A stretch of DNA of 40,542 nt from Elusimicrobiota bacterium (GTDB lineage Bacteria > Elusimicrobiota > Elusimicrobia > UBA1565). The stretch lies in the NCBI GenBank assembly GCA_043827405.1, contig JBDRPD010000017.1, forward strand, positions 1-40,542, in the 5' to 3' direction. The notes below the pieces were generated by a model. The model searched no databases, was not told where the DNA came from, and worked only from the letters and a program-made list of their open reading frames with translations. Of the stretch, positions 1 to 8,073 are shown piece after piece; within the stretch, counting starts at the first letter, position 1; the number at the start of each line of letters is the position of its first letter. A program made the position numbers and the translations under genes.

Positions 1-37
1 ACCGGCGCTCGTTGACGGCAACAACAACATGAACCGA

Positions 38-68
38 GCTTCACTCTCCCCCGCGGGGAGAGTGAAGC
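38..68. repeat. Perfect 14-bp inverted repeat (hairpin)
   Basis: GCTTCACTCTCCCC (38-51), loop CGC, GGGGAGAGTGAAGC (55-68); no U-tract on either side. Confidence 0.85.
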
Positions 69-173
69 AGTAGAGGGGGGCGAAAAGCCGTTTCCGTTCA
101 GAAACTATGGCTTACTGGAGGTTTTGGGGTTTTACGTTGCGTCGCGAAAGGGTATAACATAAAATAAAACGAT

Positions 174-1472
174 ATGAAGGCACTGAAACAAAAAATATTG
201 GACCGCAAGGTTACGGTCGGCATCCTCGGCATGGGCTATGTCGGCCTGCCTTTGGCTATCGAGTTCGCGCATGAGGGATTTTCCGTCATCGGCTTCGACG
301 TCGATCGCGAGCGGCTGCGCGAGCTGGCCCGCGGCGTATCCTACATCCCCGATATCCCGTCTTCGTATGTGGCGGAGGCGGTGCAGGCGAAGCGCTTTTC
401 CGTTACCCATAAGTTCGACGCTCTCAAGCGCTGCGACGTTATCATTATTTGCGTGCCGACGCCGCTGCGCAAGACCCGCGAACCCGACACCACCTACGTC
501 TATCAGTCCTGTCTGGAGATCGCTTCGCGGCTGCGCCGCGGCCAGCTCGTAGTCCTCGAAAGCACCACCTATCCGGGAACGACGCGGGAAATGGCGCTGC
601 CTTTATTCGAGGTTCGCGGCATGCGGGCGGGACGCGACTTCTACCTCGCTTTCTCGCCGGAGCGGGTGGACCCCTCCAACAAGACTCATGGGATTCAGAA
701 TACGCCCAAGGTCGTCGGCGGCGTTACGCGCCGCTGCACCGATCTGGCCGGAGTTCTGTACGGGCAGATCGTCGATGAGGTCGTCCCGGTCTCGAGTACC
801 GATACGGCGGAGATGGTGAAGCTGCTGGAAAACACCTTCCGCGCCGTCAACATCGGCCTGGTCAATGAAATGGCCCTTATGTGCGGCCGCCTCGGCGTCG
901 ATATCTGGGAAGTCGTTACCGCGGCGGCGAGCAAGCCTTTCGGTTTTATGCCGTTCTATCCCGGGCCGGGTCTCGGCGGGCATTGCATCCCGGTCGATCC
1001 GGAGTTCCTCGCCTGGAAGCTGAAGTCGCTCAACTTTGAGCCGCGCTTTATCGCCTTGGCGGGAGCCATCAACAGCCGGATGCCGGACTACGCCGTGCAG
1101 CGGATTACCGCGCTGCTCAACGATGCGCGCAAGCCCGTGCGCGGCAGCCGCATCCTGCTCTTGGGCGTGGCGTACAAGCCGAACGTCAACGACGTCCGGG
1201 AGTCGCCGGCGCTCGACGTGATGAAGCTGCTGCTGGACCTCGGGGCCAATGTCTGCTACCACGACCCCTATGTGCCGTCGCTGGAGTTTCAGGGCTCGCG
1301 GATGCGCTCGCGGCCGCTGACCCGGACCGAGTTGGTGAAAGTCGACGTGACGGCGATCCTGACGGCGCACAAGGACGTGGATTATGACTTTCTGGCGCAG
1401 CATTCGCGGATCGTCTTCGACGCGCGCAATGCCACCGCCGGTATAAGGCGGGCGAATATTCACAAGCTCTAG
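174..1472 (+). CDS. UDP-N-acetylhexosamine/UDP-glucose 6-dehydrogenase (WbpA/WecC-like nucleotide-sugar dehydrogenase)
   Basis: GILGMGYVGLPLA Rossmann motif, ICVPTP, LESTTYPGTT, FSPER, KLLENTFR, GGHCIPVDP catalytic Cys, LGVAYK..D.RESP. Confidence 0.93.
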   Translation: MKALKQKILDRKVTVGILGMGYVGLPLAIEFAHEGFSVIGFDVDRERLRELARGVSYIPDIPSSYVAEAVQAKRFSVTHKFDALKRCDVIIICVPTPLRKTREPDTTYVYQSCLEIASRLRRGQLVVLESTTYPGTTREMALPLFEVRGMRAGRDFYLAFSPERVDPSNKTHGIQNTPKVVGGVTRRCTDLAGVLYGQIVDEVVPVSSTDTAEMVKLLENTFRAVNIGLVNEMALMCGRLGVDIWEVVTAAASKPFGFMPFYPGPGLGGHCIPVDPEFLAWKLKSLNFEPRFIALAGAINSRMPDYAVQRITALLNDARKPVRGSRILLLGVAYKPNVNDVRESPALDVMKLLLDLGANVCYHDPYVPSLEFQGSRMRSRPLTRTELVKVDVTAILTAHKDVDYDFLAQHSRIVFDARNATAGIRRANIHKL

Positions 1473-1475
1473 CTC

Positions 1476-3299
1476 ATGGCTGAACAGGTGCCCGGCTCGT
1501 CGTTTGAAAAGCTCTGCCTGGACGTCCTCCAGGCGGTGGGCAAGACGCTGAGCCAGATAAACCTCTACAGCGCGAAGCATCCGGCGGTCCAGGCGATGCT
1601 GACCGACACCGGGGCGCTGATGGCGCAGATCCTTGCCCAGGTGGAGAAGGGCGAGCTCGCCTATTCCGTGGACGGCGGCAACCTGATCACCAACGGCAGG
1701 ATTATCGGGCTTACGGGTCAGGTGCCGAACTCGGTCCCCCAGATATTCAGCCGCTTCCACCTCGACAGCATCGTCTTCAAGGCGGGGCTGACGGCGGAGG
1801 AGCTGGCGGTCCTGTGCCGACTGGCGTCGCTGCGCCCGGATGACGCCAAGAGCGTCGTGGCGTCCGATTTCCTCACGCAGCACGGCGTCGTGCATATTAC
1901 GCTCAACGAGTCCGTCTATACCAAGGGAGAGGAGGGCGAGATCACGGCGCTCGATGAGAACGCCGCGGAGATACTCGAGAGCATTGAGCTCCAGGAATTC
2001 GAAAAATCCCTGGCCATGCTCGTCGCCAAGGCTATCAAGGATCCCGAGGAGCAGAAGCGGGTGATGGAGGCGGTCATGAACCGCTTCAAGTCGGAGATGG
2101 AGACGGCCGTACAGCAGGCGACCGTTGAGATCCGCGGCGAGAAAACCGTGGCCGCCAACGAAAATACCCGCACCCAGGCCGTCGTCGGCAATATGGCCAA
2201 CGGCGTCGTCACCGTCAATGAGCGGGGCGAAGTGCTGATGATGAACCCGGAGGCGGAATCGCTCTTCGGCTCGAAGATGTCCGAAGTGGTCGGCAAGGGC
2301 CTGCCGGAGATCGTCGGCGAGGGCCAGCTGCTGGCGATGGCGAAGGAAGTGGCGACGCCGCCGCGCGACGCGGAGACGGACGCTGAGGTGGGGGTCGCCG
2401 CCAAGGGCGATATTCTCGGCATGATGCGGGCGTCCACCGTCGTCGTCCGCAATGAGGCCGGCAAGACCGTCGGCATGGTCGCGGCGCTGCCTGATAAGGC
2501 GAAGCATGATCAGCTCGACAAGAAGGAGCGCGAGTTCGTGGCGCATGTGACGCATGAGCTGCGGGCGCCGCTCTCTTCCATCCGCGCCGCGCTCGAGATT
2601 ATCCAGGACGAGGCGTCGGCGCAGCTCGCGGTGGAGCAGCAGGGCATAATGAACAGCGCGCTGCGCAACGCCGACCGCCTGGAAGACCTTATCAACGGCA
2701 TCCTCGACTTTTCCAAGATCGAATCCGGCCAGATGACGGTTTACCCGAAGCCCGCCGATGCCGAGACCATCGCCCGTTCATCGGTCGAGGGGCTGCGGCC
2801 GTGGGTCGAAAAGAAGGGCATTCGCCTGAATCTTGAGCTGCAGCCGAATCTGCTGCCCGTTCTCGCCGACGCCAAGCGCTGCGAGCAGATTATCGTGAAC
2901 CTGCTCTCGAACGCGATCAAGTTCACGCCCAAGGGGGGGGTCATCTCCGTCCGCGTCCAGGATGCGGGCAGCCGCCGGCCGAATCAGACGCTCTACTGCG
3001 TTCAGGATACCGGGCCCGGCATCCCCAAGGAAGAGCAGGGCCGCGTTTTCGAGAAGTTCCAGCAGATCGCCTCGGGCGAAAAGCATGTGGGCGGTACGGG
3101 ACTGGGGCTGGCGATCGCCAAGGCGCTGGTGCATATGCACAAGGGCGAGATGTGGCTGGAAAGCGAGCCGGGGCAGGGCGCCAAGTTCTTTTTCACCTTG
3201 CCGCAGTATGAGGTCAAGGGCGAGACCATGCAGGCCGCGCAGAAGAAGGCGGCCGCCGCGCAGGAGAAATCCTGGTGGCAAAAGCTGTTCGGGGGCTAG
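1476..3299 (+). CDS. Cytoplasmic PAS-domain sensor histidine kinase with an uncharacterised N-terminal domain
   Basis: PAS-like segment (GVVTVNERGEVLMMNPEAESLFG), H-box VTHELRAPL, N-box NLLSNAIKFT, G1 DTGPGI, F-box VFEKF, G2 GGTGLGL; no obvious transmembrane segment. Confidence 0.92.
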   Translation: MAEQVPGSSFEKLCLDVLQAVGKTLSQINLYSAKHPAVQAMLTDTGALMAQILAQVEKGELAYSVDGGNLITNGRIIGLTGQVPNSVPQIFSRFHLDSIVFKAGLTAEELAVLCRLASLRPDDAKSVVASDFLTQHGVVHITLNESVYTKGEEGEITALDENAAEILESIELQEFEKSLAMLVAKAIKDPEEQKRVMEAVMNRFKSEMETAVQQATVEIRGEKTVAANENTRTQAVVGNMANGVVTVNERGEVLMMNPEAESLFGSKMSEVVGKGLPEIVGEGQLLAMAKEVATPPRDAETDAEVGVAAKGDILGMMRASTVVVRNEAGKTVGMVAALPDKAKHDQLDKKEREFVAHVTHELRAPLSSIRAALEIIQDEASAQLAVEQQGIMNSALRNADRLEDLINGILDFSKIESGQMTVYPKPADAETIARSSVEGLRPWVEKKGIRLNLELQPNLLPVLADAKRCEQIIVNLLSNAIKFTPKGGVISVRVQDAGSRRPNQTLYCVQDTGPGIPKEEQGRVFEKFQQIASGEKHVGGTGLGLAIAKALVHMHKGEMWLESEPGQGAKFFFTLPQYEVKGETMQAAQKKAAAAQEKSWWQKLFGG

Positions 3300-3320
3300 C
3301 TTCGCGCCGGTCTTCCCTCC

Positions 3321-4103
3321 TTAGCGGAATAAGCCGAGAAACCGATCCACCCAGCCGCCTCGCTCAGGCTGCGCGGCGGGAGCCCTCCCCGTCTCAGCCC
3401 ACCCGAGCTCGGTAGAGAGCTCGGCGTAGAGCTTGTCGGCTCGCCGGGCGAGCATTTTGGAGAAGGCGTCCACGGAGATCAAAGAGTTGGGCACGGCGTC
3501 GCGGGGTCCCGGCGCGGGGTCCTCCTTCCCGGCCGCATCGCCGGCCCGGAAGCGCCGGGTGAGGTGCTCGAAGACGTCGGGCAGCGGGGTGAGCGTTGCG
3601 GCCAGTTCCTGGCGCGCCGCCTCGACCGAGCCCCCGTGCTTCTTGAGAATTCCAGCGGCGATATGCTGCGAAAGCTCCAGCGAATTGACGAAGGGCGGCA
3701 GGCCCGCCAGATAGGGCTTGAGGCGGTAGCCGACCGGGCAGTCGCTCGCGAACACCGCGAGCTGGACCAAGGTGGAGCCGACGTTCTGCAGCGGCCACTC
3801 GACCGTCTGCGACCGGCCTTTCGCGTCGATCGCGGTGGCTTTCACCATCTCGATCGAGGACCGCGGCCGGAGCTTGTTCATCGTCGTCTGCAAAGACAGC
3901 GCCGCCGGACAGGCCGGCACGTTGTCGGTCAGCGGGCAGCAGGGGCATTTGCAGAAGGTCAGCCTGGTCCAGGGCTCCGGATGTTCGATTCGCCGGGGGA
4001 TGTGCGTCCCGGTGCTCCTCCGTTCGATGTGCAGGACCTCCACGGTCCCGTCCGCGAACGCGATCGAAAGCTGCTGGTACCAGCTGTCCGGAGTAAGTTC
4101 CAT
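3321..4103 (-). CDS. Cys-motif protein, DUF6901-like (copy 1)
   Basis: WTRLTFCKCPCCPL..CP and ASDCP motifs; close paralog at 5771-6550 confirms the reading frame. The family name is recalled, not searched. Confidence 0.75.
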   Translation of the reverse strand: MELTPDSWYQQLSIAFADGTVEVLHIERRSTGTHIPRRIEHPEPWTRLTFCKCPCCPLTDNVPACPAALSLQTTMNKLRPRSSIEMVKATAIDAKGRSQTVEWPLQNVGSTLVQLAVFASDCPVGYRLKPYLAGLPPFVNSLELSQHIAAGILKKHGGSVEAARQELAATLTPLPDVFEHLTRRFRAGDAAGKEDPAPGPRDAVPNSLISVDAFSKMLARRADKLYAELSTELGWAETGRAPAAQPERGGWVDRFLGLFR

Positions 4104-4112
4104 ATCGCTCTT

Positions 4113-4118
4113 AGCTTA
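4113..4118 (-). promoter_or_regulatory. Putative -10 box (TAAGCT) 9 nt upstream of the ATG at 4103
   Basis: Minus strand reads TG-TAAGCT-AAGAGCGAT-ATG; no clear SD. Confidence 0.4.
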
Positions 4119-4233
4119 CAGTGAATTAGGGAATGCCGCTAGGGGCTGCGGCTGAGCCGCGGGCGCTATTGGGCTTTCTCTTTGCCGGCGCCCGTCAGCA
4201 TCGTCTCGGACACGGGTTCGTCTCTGCTCAAAC

Positions 4234-4242
4234 TGCTAAAAT
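4234..4242 (+). promoter_or_regulatory. Extended -10 promoter (TGcTAAAAT) 7 nt before the kinase ATG; leaderless-type
   Basis: TGCTAAAAT-TGAAGCG-ATG(4250). Confidence 0.55.
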
Positions 4243-4249
4243 TGAAGCG

Positions 4250-5713
4250 ATGAAAGTCATAAGCCTGCGCAGCGGCCGATTATTTGCCGCTGTCGTTGTC
4301 GCTTGTGCGGCGCTCGCCGTCATTTTTATTTTCCGGTCCCGCTATGACGCGCAGGAGCAGATGACGATCGCGATGGAATACGATGCGGCCATCCTCGGAA
4401 AACTCCCGGCCCTCCTGTCCGGGGTGCGCAGGTCGGATGCGCTGACGGATCTTTACCTAGTCACCGGAAACGACACGTGGCGCAGCAAGCGCGCGCAAGC
4501 CTCCAAAGGTCTCATTTCCTCGTTGGCGGGAATCGCGGAACTGGCTTACGACGAAAAAGACGCCGCTTTAGTCCGGGATTTAAATAACGAAATCGGAGAT
4601 TTTATCGAAATGCAGGAGGCGTTAATCCTTAAAAAACGCCGCGGCAACCTTTCCCCGAAAGAGGCGCGTCAGGCCGTCGCGATGCAGCGGCACGCGGAAG
4701 GGATACTGGAGAGCATGGCCGCCTTAAAAGACGCCAACCTTTCCGGTTTGCGCGAGCGCCGCAAGGTATGGCAGAAAGAAAATAGGCAGATTCTCCTCCT
4801 AACAGTCCTCACGGCGCTTTTTTCCCTGGGGGCGACGGCCTTTGCTTATCTTCGATTTGTGGAAGGCCCTGTCATGGAACTGGACGGACGTATGAGGCAA
4901 TGGGAATTCGGTGATACGCCGGAAGACGTCGAGCCGGCGGCGCCGCTGGAAATCACCTCTCTTTTCCGAAGCTTTAATCGATTGACGCAGCGTCTCGGGC
5001 GGGAATTCGCGCGGGAGCGGGCTTCGGCCGAGCAGAAATCAAAACTGGTCTCTATCGTCAATCACGAATTTAATAACGCGCTTGCCGTTATTCAAACCGG
5101 CGTAACGTTTCTCCAAATGAAAGAACTTGATATTTCGCCAGAGGAGCGGAATAAATTTTTGACAATGATTAAAGCGAACGCGCAGACCTTAAGCACTCAA
5201 GTGCTGACGCTATTGGAGCTGGGCCGTTTGGAATCTGGGAAACTGGCCGTTAAGATTGAGCGCGTTGATATCGTAAAGATCGCTCAACAGGTAGTGGAGC
5301 AGCAGATAATCCTGGCGGGAAAGAAGAAGCAGACGTTCGCGCTGGAGGCGCCGCCCTCCGCACTATTTGTAGACGGAGACATCCGAGGTCTGGCCCTGGT
5401 TATAAATAATTTAGTGGGCAACGCCATTAAATATACGCCGGAGGGCGGAGACATCCTGCTAAAAGTTCGCCGAGAGGACTCCGACGCGATCGTTTCGGTG
5501 AGAGATTCAGGAATCGGGATCGATCCCGAACAGCAGGAAAAGATTTTTAAAAGTTATTACCGAACGGAAAAAGGCAAAGACACCGCGATGGGATTCGGCG
5601 TCGGATTATCGGTCGCGAATACTCTATTGCATGCCCACGACAGCCGGCTCAACGTCGAAAGCGAAGCGGGCAAGGGAAGCACGTTCTCTTTCCGTCTCCC
5701 TTGCTCCGGCTAG
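4250..5713 (+). CDS. Membrane-bound sensor histidine kinase (TM, periplasmic helical sensor, TM, HAMP-like, HisKA, HATPase)
   Basis: Two hydrophobic segments, H-box IVNHEFNNAL, NLVGNAIKYT, DSGIGI, GFGVGL, GKGSTF. Start taken at MKVISL (4250) rather than 4133. Confidence 0.9.
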   Translation: MKVISLRSGRLFAAVVVACAALAVIFIFRSRYDAQEQMTIAMEYDAAILGKLPALLSGVRRSDALTDLYLVTGNDTWRSKRAQASKGLISSLAGIAELAYDEKDAALVRDLNNEIGDFIEMQEALILKKRRGNLSPKEARQAVAMQRHAEGILESMAALKDANLSGLRERRKVWQKENRQILLLTVLTALFSLGATAFAYLRFVEGPVMELDGRMRQWEFGDTPEDVEPAAPLEITSLFRSFNRLTQRLGREFARERASAEQKSKLVSIVNHEFNNALAVIQTGVTFLQMKELDISPEERNKFLTMIKANAQTLSTQVLTLLELGRLESGKLAVKIERVDIVKIAQQVVEQQIILAGKKKQTFALEAPPSALFVDGDIRGLALVINNLVGNAIKYTPEGGDILLKVRREDSDAIVSVRDSGIGIDPEQQEKIFKSYYRTEKGKDTAMGFGVGLSVANTLLHAHDSRLNVESEAGKGSTFSFRLPCSG

Positions 5714-5770
5714 GAAGGTTCAGAGAAGCTGAGATAGTCGAACCGCTCATCGATCTAAGATTTTTTCGCC

Positions 5771-6550
5771 TTATCGGAATAAGCCGAGAAGCCGATCCCA
5801 CCAACCGCTTTGCGCGGGAGCCTTTCCGGTCTCAGCCCACCCCAGCTCGGAAGAGAGCTCGGAGAACAGCGTGTCGGCTCGCATGGCGAGCATCTTTGAG
5901 AAGGCGTCCACACTAATGATCGAGTTCGCCACGGCGTCGCGGCCGAATTGCGGAATCTGCTCCACCGGCTCCTTGGCGGCCCCATCGCCGGCCTTAAAGC
6001 GCCGGGTAAGATGCTGGAAGACCTCGGGCAGAGGATCCATCGTTTCGGTCAGCTCCTGGCGCGCGGCCTCGACCGAGCCCCCGTGCTTCTTGAGAATCAT
6101 CGCGGCGATATGACGCGAAAGGTCCAGCGAGCTGATGAAGGGGGGCAAGCCCGCCAGGCAGGGCTTCAGACGGTAGCCGACCGGACAACCGCTCGCGAAC
6201 ACCGCGAGCTGGACCAATGCGGAGCCGACGGCCTGCAGGGGCCACTCGACCGTCTGCGCCCGGCCCTCCCCGTCGATCGCGGTGGCTTTCACCCTCTCGA
6301 TCGAGGTTCTCGACCGGAGCTTGTTCATGGTCTTTTGCAGGGACATCGCCGCCGGACAGGTAGGTACAACATCCGCCAACGGGCAGCAGGGGCACTTGCA
6401 GAAAGTCAGCACGGCCCAGGGTTCGGGCATTTCTATCTTCCCGAAGACTTGGGTCCCCGTGATTTTTCTTTCGATGTGAAGGACCTCCTTGGTCCCGTCC
6501 TCGAATTCTATCCAAAGCTCTTGGTACCAGCTATTCGGAGTGAGTTCCAT
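5771..6550 (-). CDS. Cys-motif protein, DUF6901-like (copy 2)
   Basis: 43 of the first 60 residues are identical to copy 1 and similarity runs full length; CKCPCCP, CP and SGCP motifs. Confidence 0.75.
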   Translation of the reverse strand: MELTPNSWYQELWIEFEDGTKEVLHIERKITGTQVFGKIEMPEPWAVLTFCKCPCCPLADVVPTCPAAMSLQKTMNKLRSRTSIERVKATAIDGEGRAQTVEWPLQAVGSALVQLAVFASGCPVGYRLKPCLAGLPPFISSLDLSRHIAAMILKKHGGSVEAARQELTETMDPLPEVFQHLTRRFKAGDGAAKEPVEQIPQFGRDAVANSIISVDAFSKMLAMRADTLFSELSSELGWAETGKAPAQSGWWDRLLGLFR

Positions 6551-6553
6551 TAA

Positions 6554-6850
6554 TCACCGGAGCTGAATGGTGAGACTTGAATCCAGGGCTTCGGCTATTT
6601 TCGAAAGAGTTTCAATTGTGAGGTTTTGATCCGCTCTTTCAATTCGGGATATGACAGATTGAGTGGTCCCGATTTCTTTCGCCAATTGGGCCTGGGTTAG
6701 GCGTGCGCGTTCTCGCGCTTTGGCAATTTGAATCGCCAGTTTTACCTCGATGTCGGCCCTTTTGTATGCAGCTTTCCAATGTGGGCTCTTTTCAGACTTC
6801 GAAAAGACCTCGTCCAGTGACATGCTGGCTTTATTCCGTTTCTTCTTCAT
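6554..6850 (-). CDS. higA: XRE-family HTH antitoxin (HigA-like)
   Basis: ARERARLTQAQLAKEIGTTQSVISRIE...NLTIETLSKIAEAL helix-turn-helix; 4-nt ATGA overlap with the upstream toxin. Confidence 0.85.
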   Translation of the reverse strand: MKKKRNKASMSLDEVFSKSEKSPHWKAAYKRADIEVKLAIQIAKARERARLTQAQLAKEIGTTQSVISRIERADQNLTIETLSKIAEALDSSLTIQLR

Positions 6851-7203
6851 AAGTTCTCCCAGCCGCGTCGACTGATCCAGTCGGCCATCGCCTTGCGTGA
6901 CTTTTCAATTTCGCCTTTAGGGACCTCTCGAGTTTTCTTTAGAAATGCATTCGTTACGACAACGATATCGTTCCAAAATGAATATAGAAATCGATGTTGA
7001 TGATGCTGAATGATGATTCTTAACTCCCAAACGCCGGCCCGAAGGTGTTTGCCGTATTCTTCTGGGAGATCTTCTCCTATTTCTGATAATGCGACAAACC
7101 AGCGCTTTGCTTTCGCTTGGTGGTTAATATTCATTCTCCGTGCATAGTCGCATGCTTGGCACCGACCCTTAGCGTCTCGGTAGAAGTAAACCTTGCAGCG
7201 CAT
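6847..7203 (-). CDS. higB: RelE/HigB (Gp49-like) toxin
   Basis: KHLRAGVWELRI...RFLY...IVVVTNAFLKKTREVPKGEIE is typical of Gp49/HigB toxins; toxin-first gene order. Confidence 0.85.
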   Translation of the reverse strand: MRCKVYFYRDAKGRCQACDYARRMNINHQAKAKRWFVALSEIGEDLPEEYGKHLRAGVWELRIIIQHHQHRFLYSFWNDIVVVTNAFLKKTREVPKGEIEKSRKAMADWISRRGWENL

Positions 7204-7212
7204 GCTATTCTA

Positions 7213-7240
7213 AGTATAGCATATATGCTATATTCGTCAA
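7213..7240 (-). promoter_or_regulatory. higBA promoter TTGACG-16-TATACT overlapped by an 18-bp perfect palindrome (putative HigA operator)
   Basis: -35 at 7240-7235, -10 at 7218-7213; palindrome TATAGCATATATGCTATA at 7215-7232. Confidence 0.75.
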
Positions 7241-7406
7241 GACCTGATTTGATGGTTGGACGTCTAACGGCAAGTCGAACGACCGATGCGGCGAAAAGGG
7301 TCGATTCCTTTGATGGCTCTATTATTGCCCCGTATCTGAGGGAAATCCAGGCTTTTAGCGGGCGATGAAAAGCGCTGAGGAATGCGGCATAGCGTACATA
7401 TTAAAC

Positions 7407-8042
7407 CTACCCCCGCCGCGCCAGCACATAAGACCGCACATCTGCCGCCCCCGCTTCCTTTAATACCCGCGCGCATTCCGCCAGCGTCCCGCCCGTCGTC
7501 AGCACGTCATCTATGAGGACCAGGCGGCTGCCTTTGAGCCGTAGTCCGTCGCGCACGGCGAAGGCGCCGCCGAGGTTGTTTAGCCGCTTGTTTCTTGAGC
7601 GGCCCCGCTGCGGCGCGGTATTGCGGGTGCGCACGAGGGCTTCAAGCACCGGGATACCCGCCTGCCGCGCCACCGCCAGGGCCAGTATCCGCGCCTGGTT
7701 GAAGCCGCGGATTCGCTCGCGCTTGCGGTGCAGCGGTACGGGAACGAAGGCGTGCGGACGGCCCAGCGCGGTCTGGCGCGACCACAGCCCCGCCATCCAG
7801 GCCGCCAGTGACTCGCCGACGCGGCGCCGGCCTTCGAACTTGAAGGCCCGGACCATGGCCGGCACCGGGCCGTCGTAGGCGAAGGCGGCCCCGGCGCCAT
7901 TCCCGGGCTGCAGGTCCAGTAGGCAGGTTCCGCACAGCGGGCCGCGCAGGGGCGGCGGCAGGTCTTCGCGGCAATGCGCGCAGGTCTCGGGCAGCAGCAG
8001 ATCCAGGGCGATCTCGCCCCAAGTGCGTCCCCACATGCCCAT
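7407..8042 (-). CDS. comF: ComF family protein (zinc ribbon plus PRTase domain)
   Basis: CAHC...CGTC, VPVPLH..R...RGFNQA, LVLIDDVLTTGGTL. Confidence 0.9.
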   Translation of the reverse strand: MGMWGRTWGEIALDLLLPETCAHCREDLPPPLRGPLCGTCLLDLQPGNGAGAAFAYDGPVPAMVRAFKFEGRRRVGESLAAWMAGLWSRQTALGRPHAFVPVPLHRKRERIRGFNQARILALAVARQAGIPVLEALVRTRNTAPQRGRSRNKRLNNLGGAFAVRDGLRLKGSRLVLIDDVLTTGGTLAECARVLKEAGAADVRSYVLARRG

Positions 8043-8073
8043 ATATACGGCCGGGGGGGGAAGTTGGTTCCCT

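Noticed and set aside
603..2555. 650-aa minus-strand ORF and the many other long antisense ORFs (e.g. 14861-16177, 17434-18732, 22721-24262, 9334-10500)
   Set aside because: They are shadows of well-supported genes in high-GC DNA and have no recognisable motifs.
7248..7316. tRNA-like fragments (CGTCTAACGGCAAG; AAAGG-GTCGATT-CCTTT hairpin) between two TTTGATGG 8-mers
   Set aside because: There is no acceptor stem or anticodon arm, the spacing is too short and the T-loop is non-canonical; an 8-bp repeat is too weak to call an att site.
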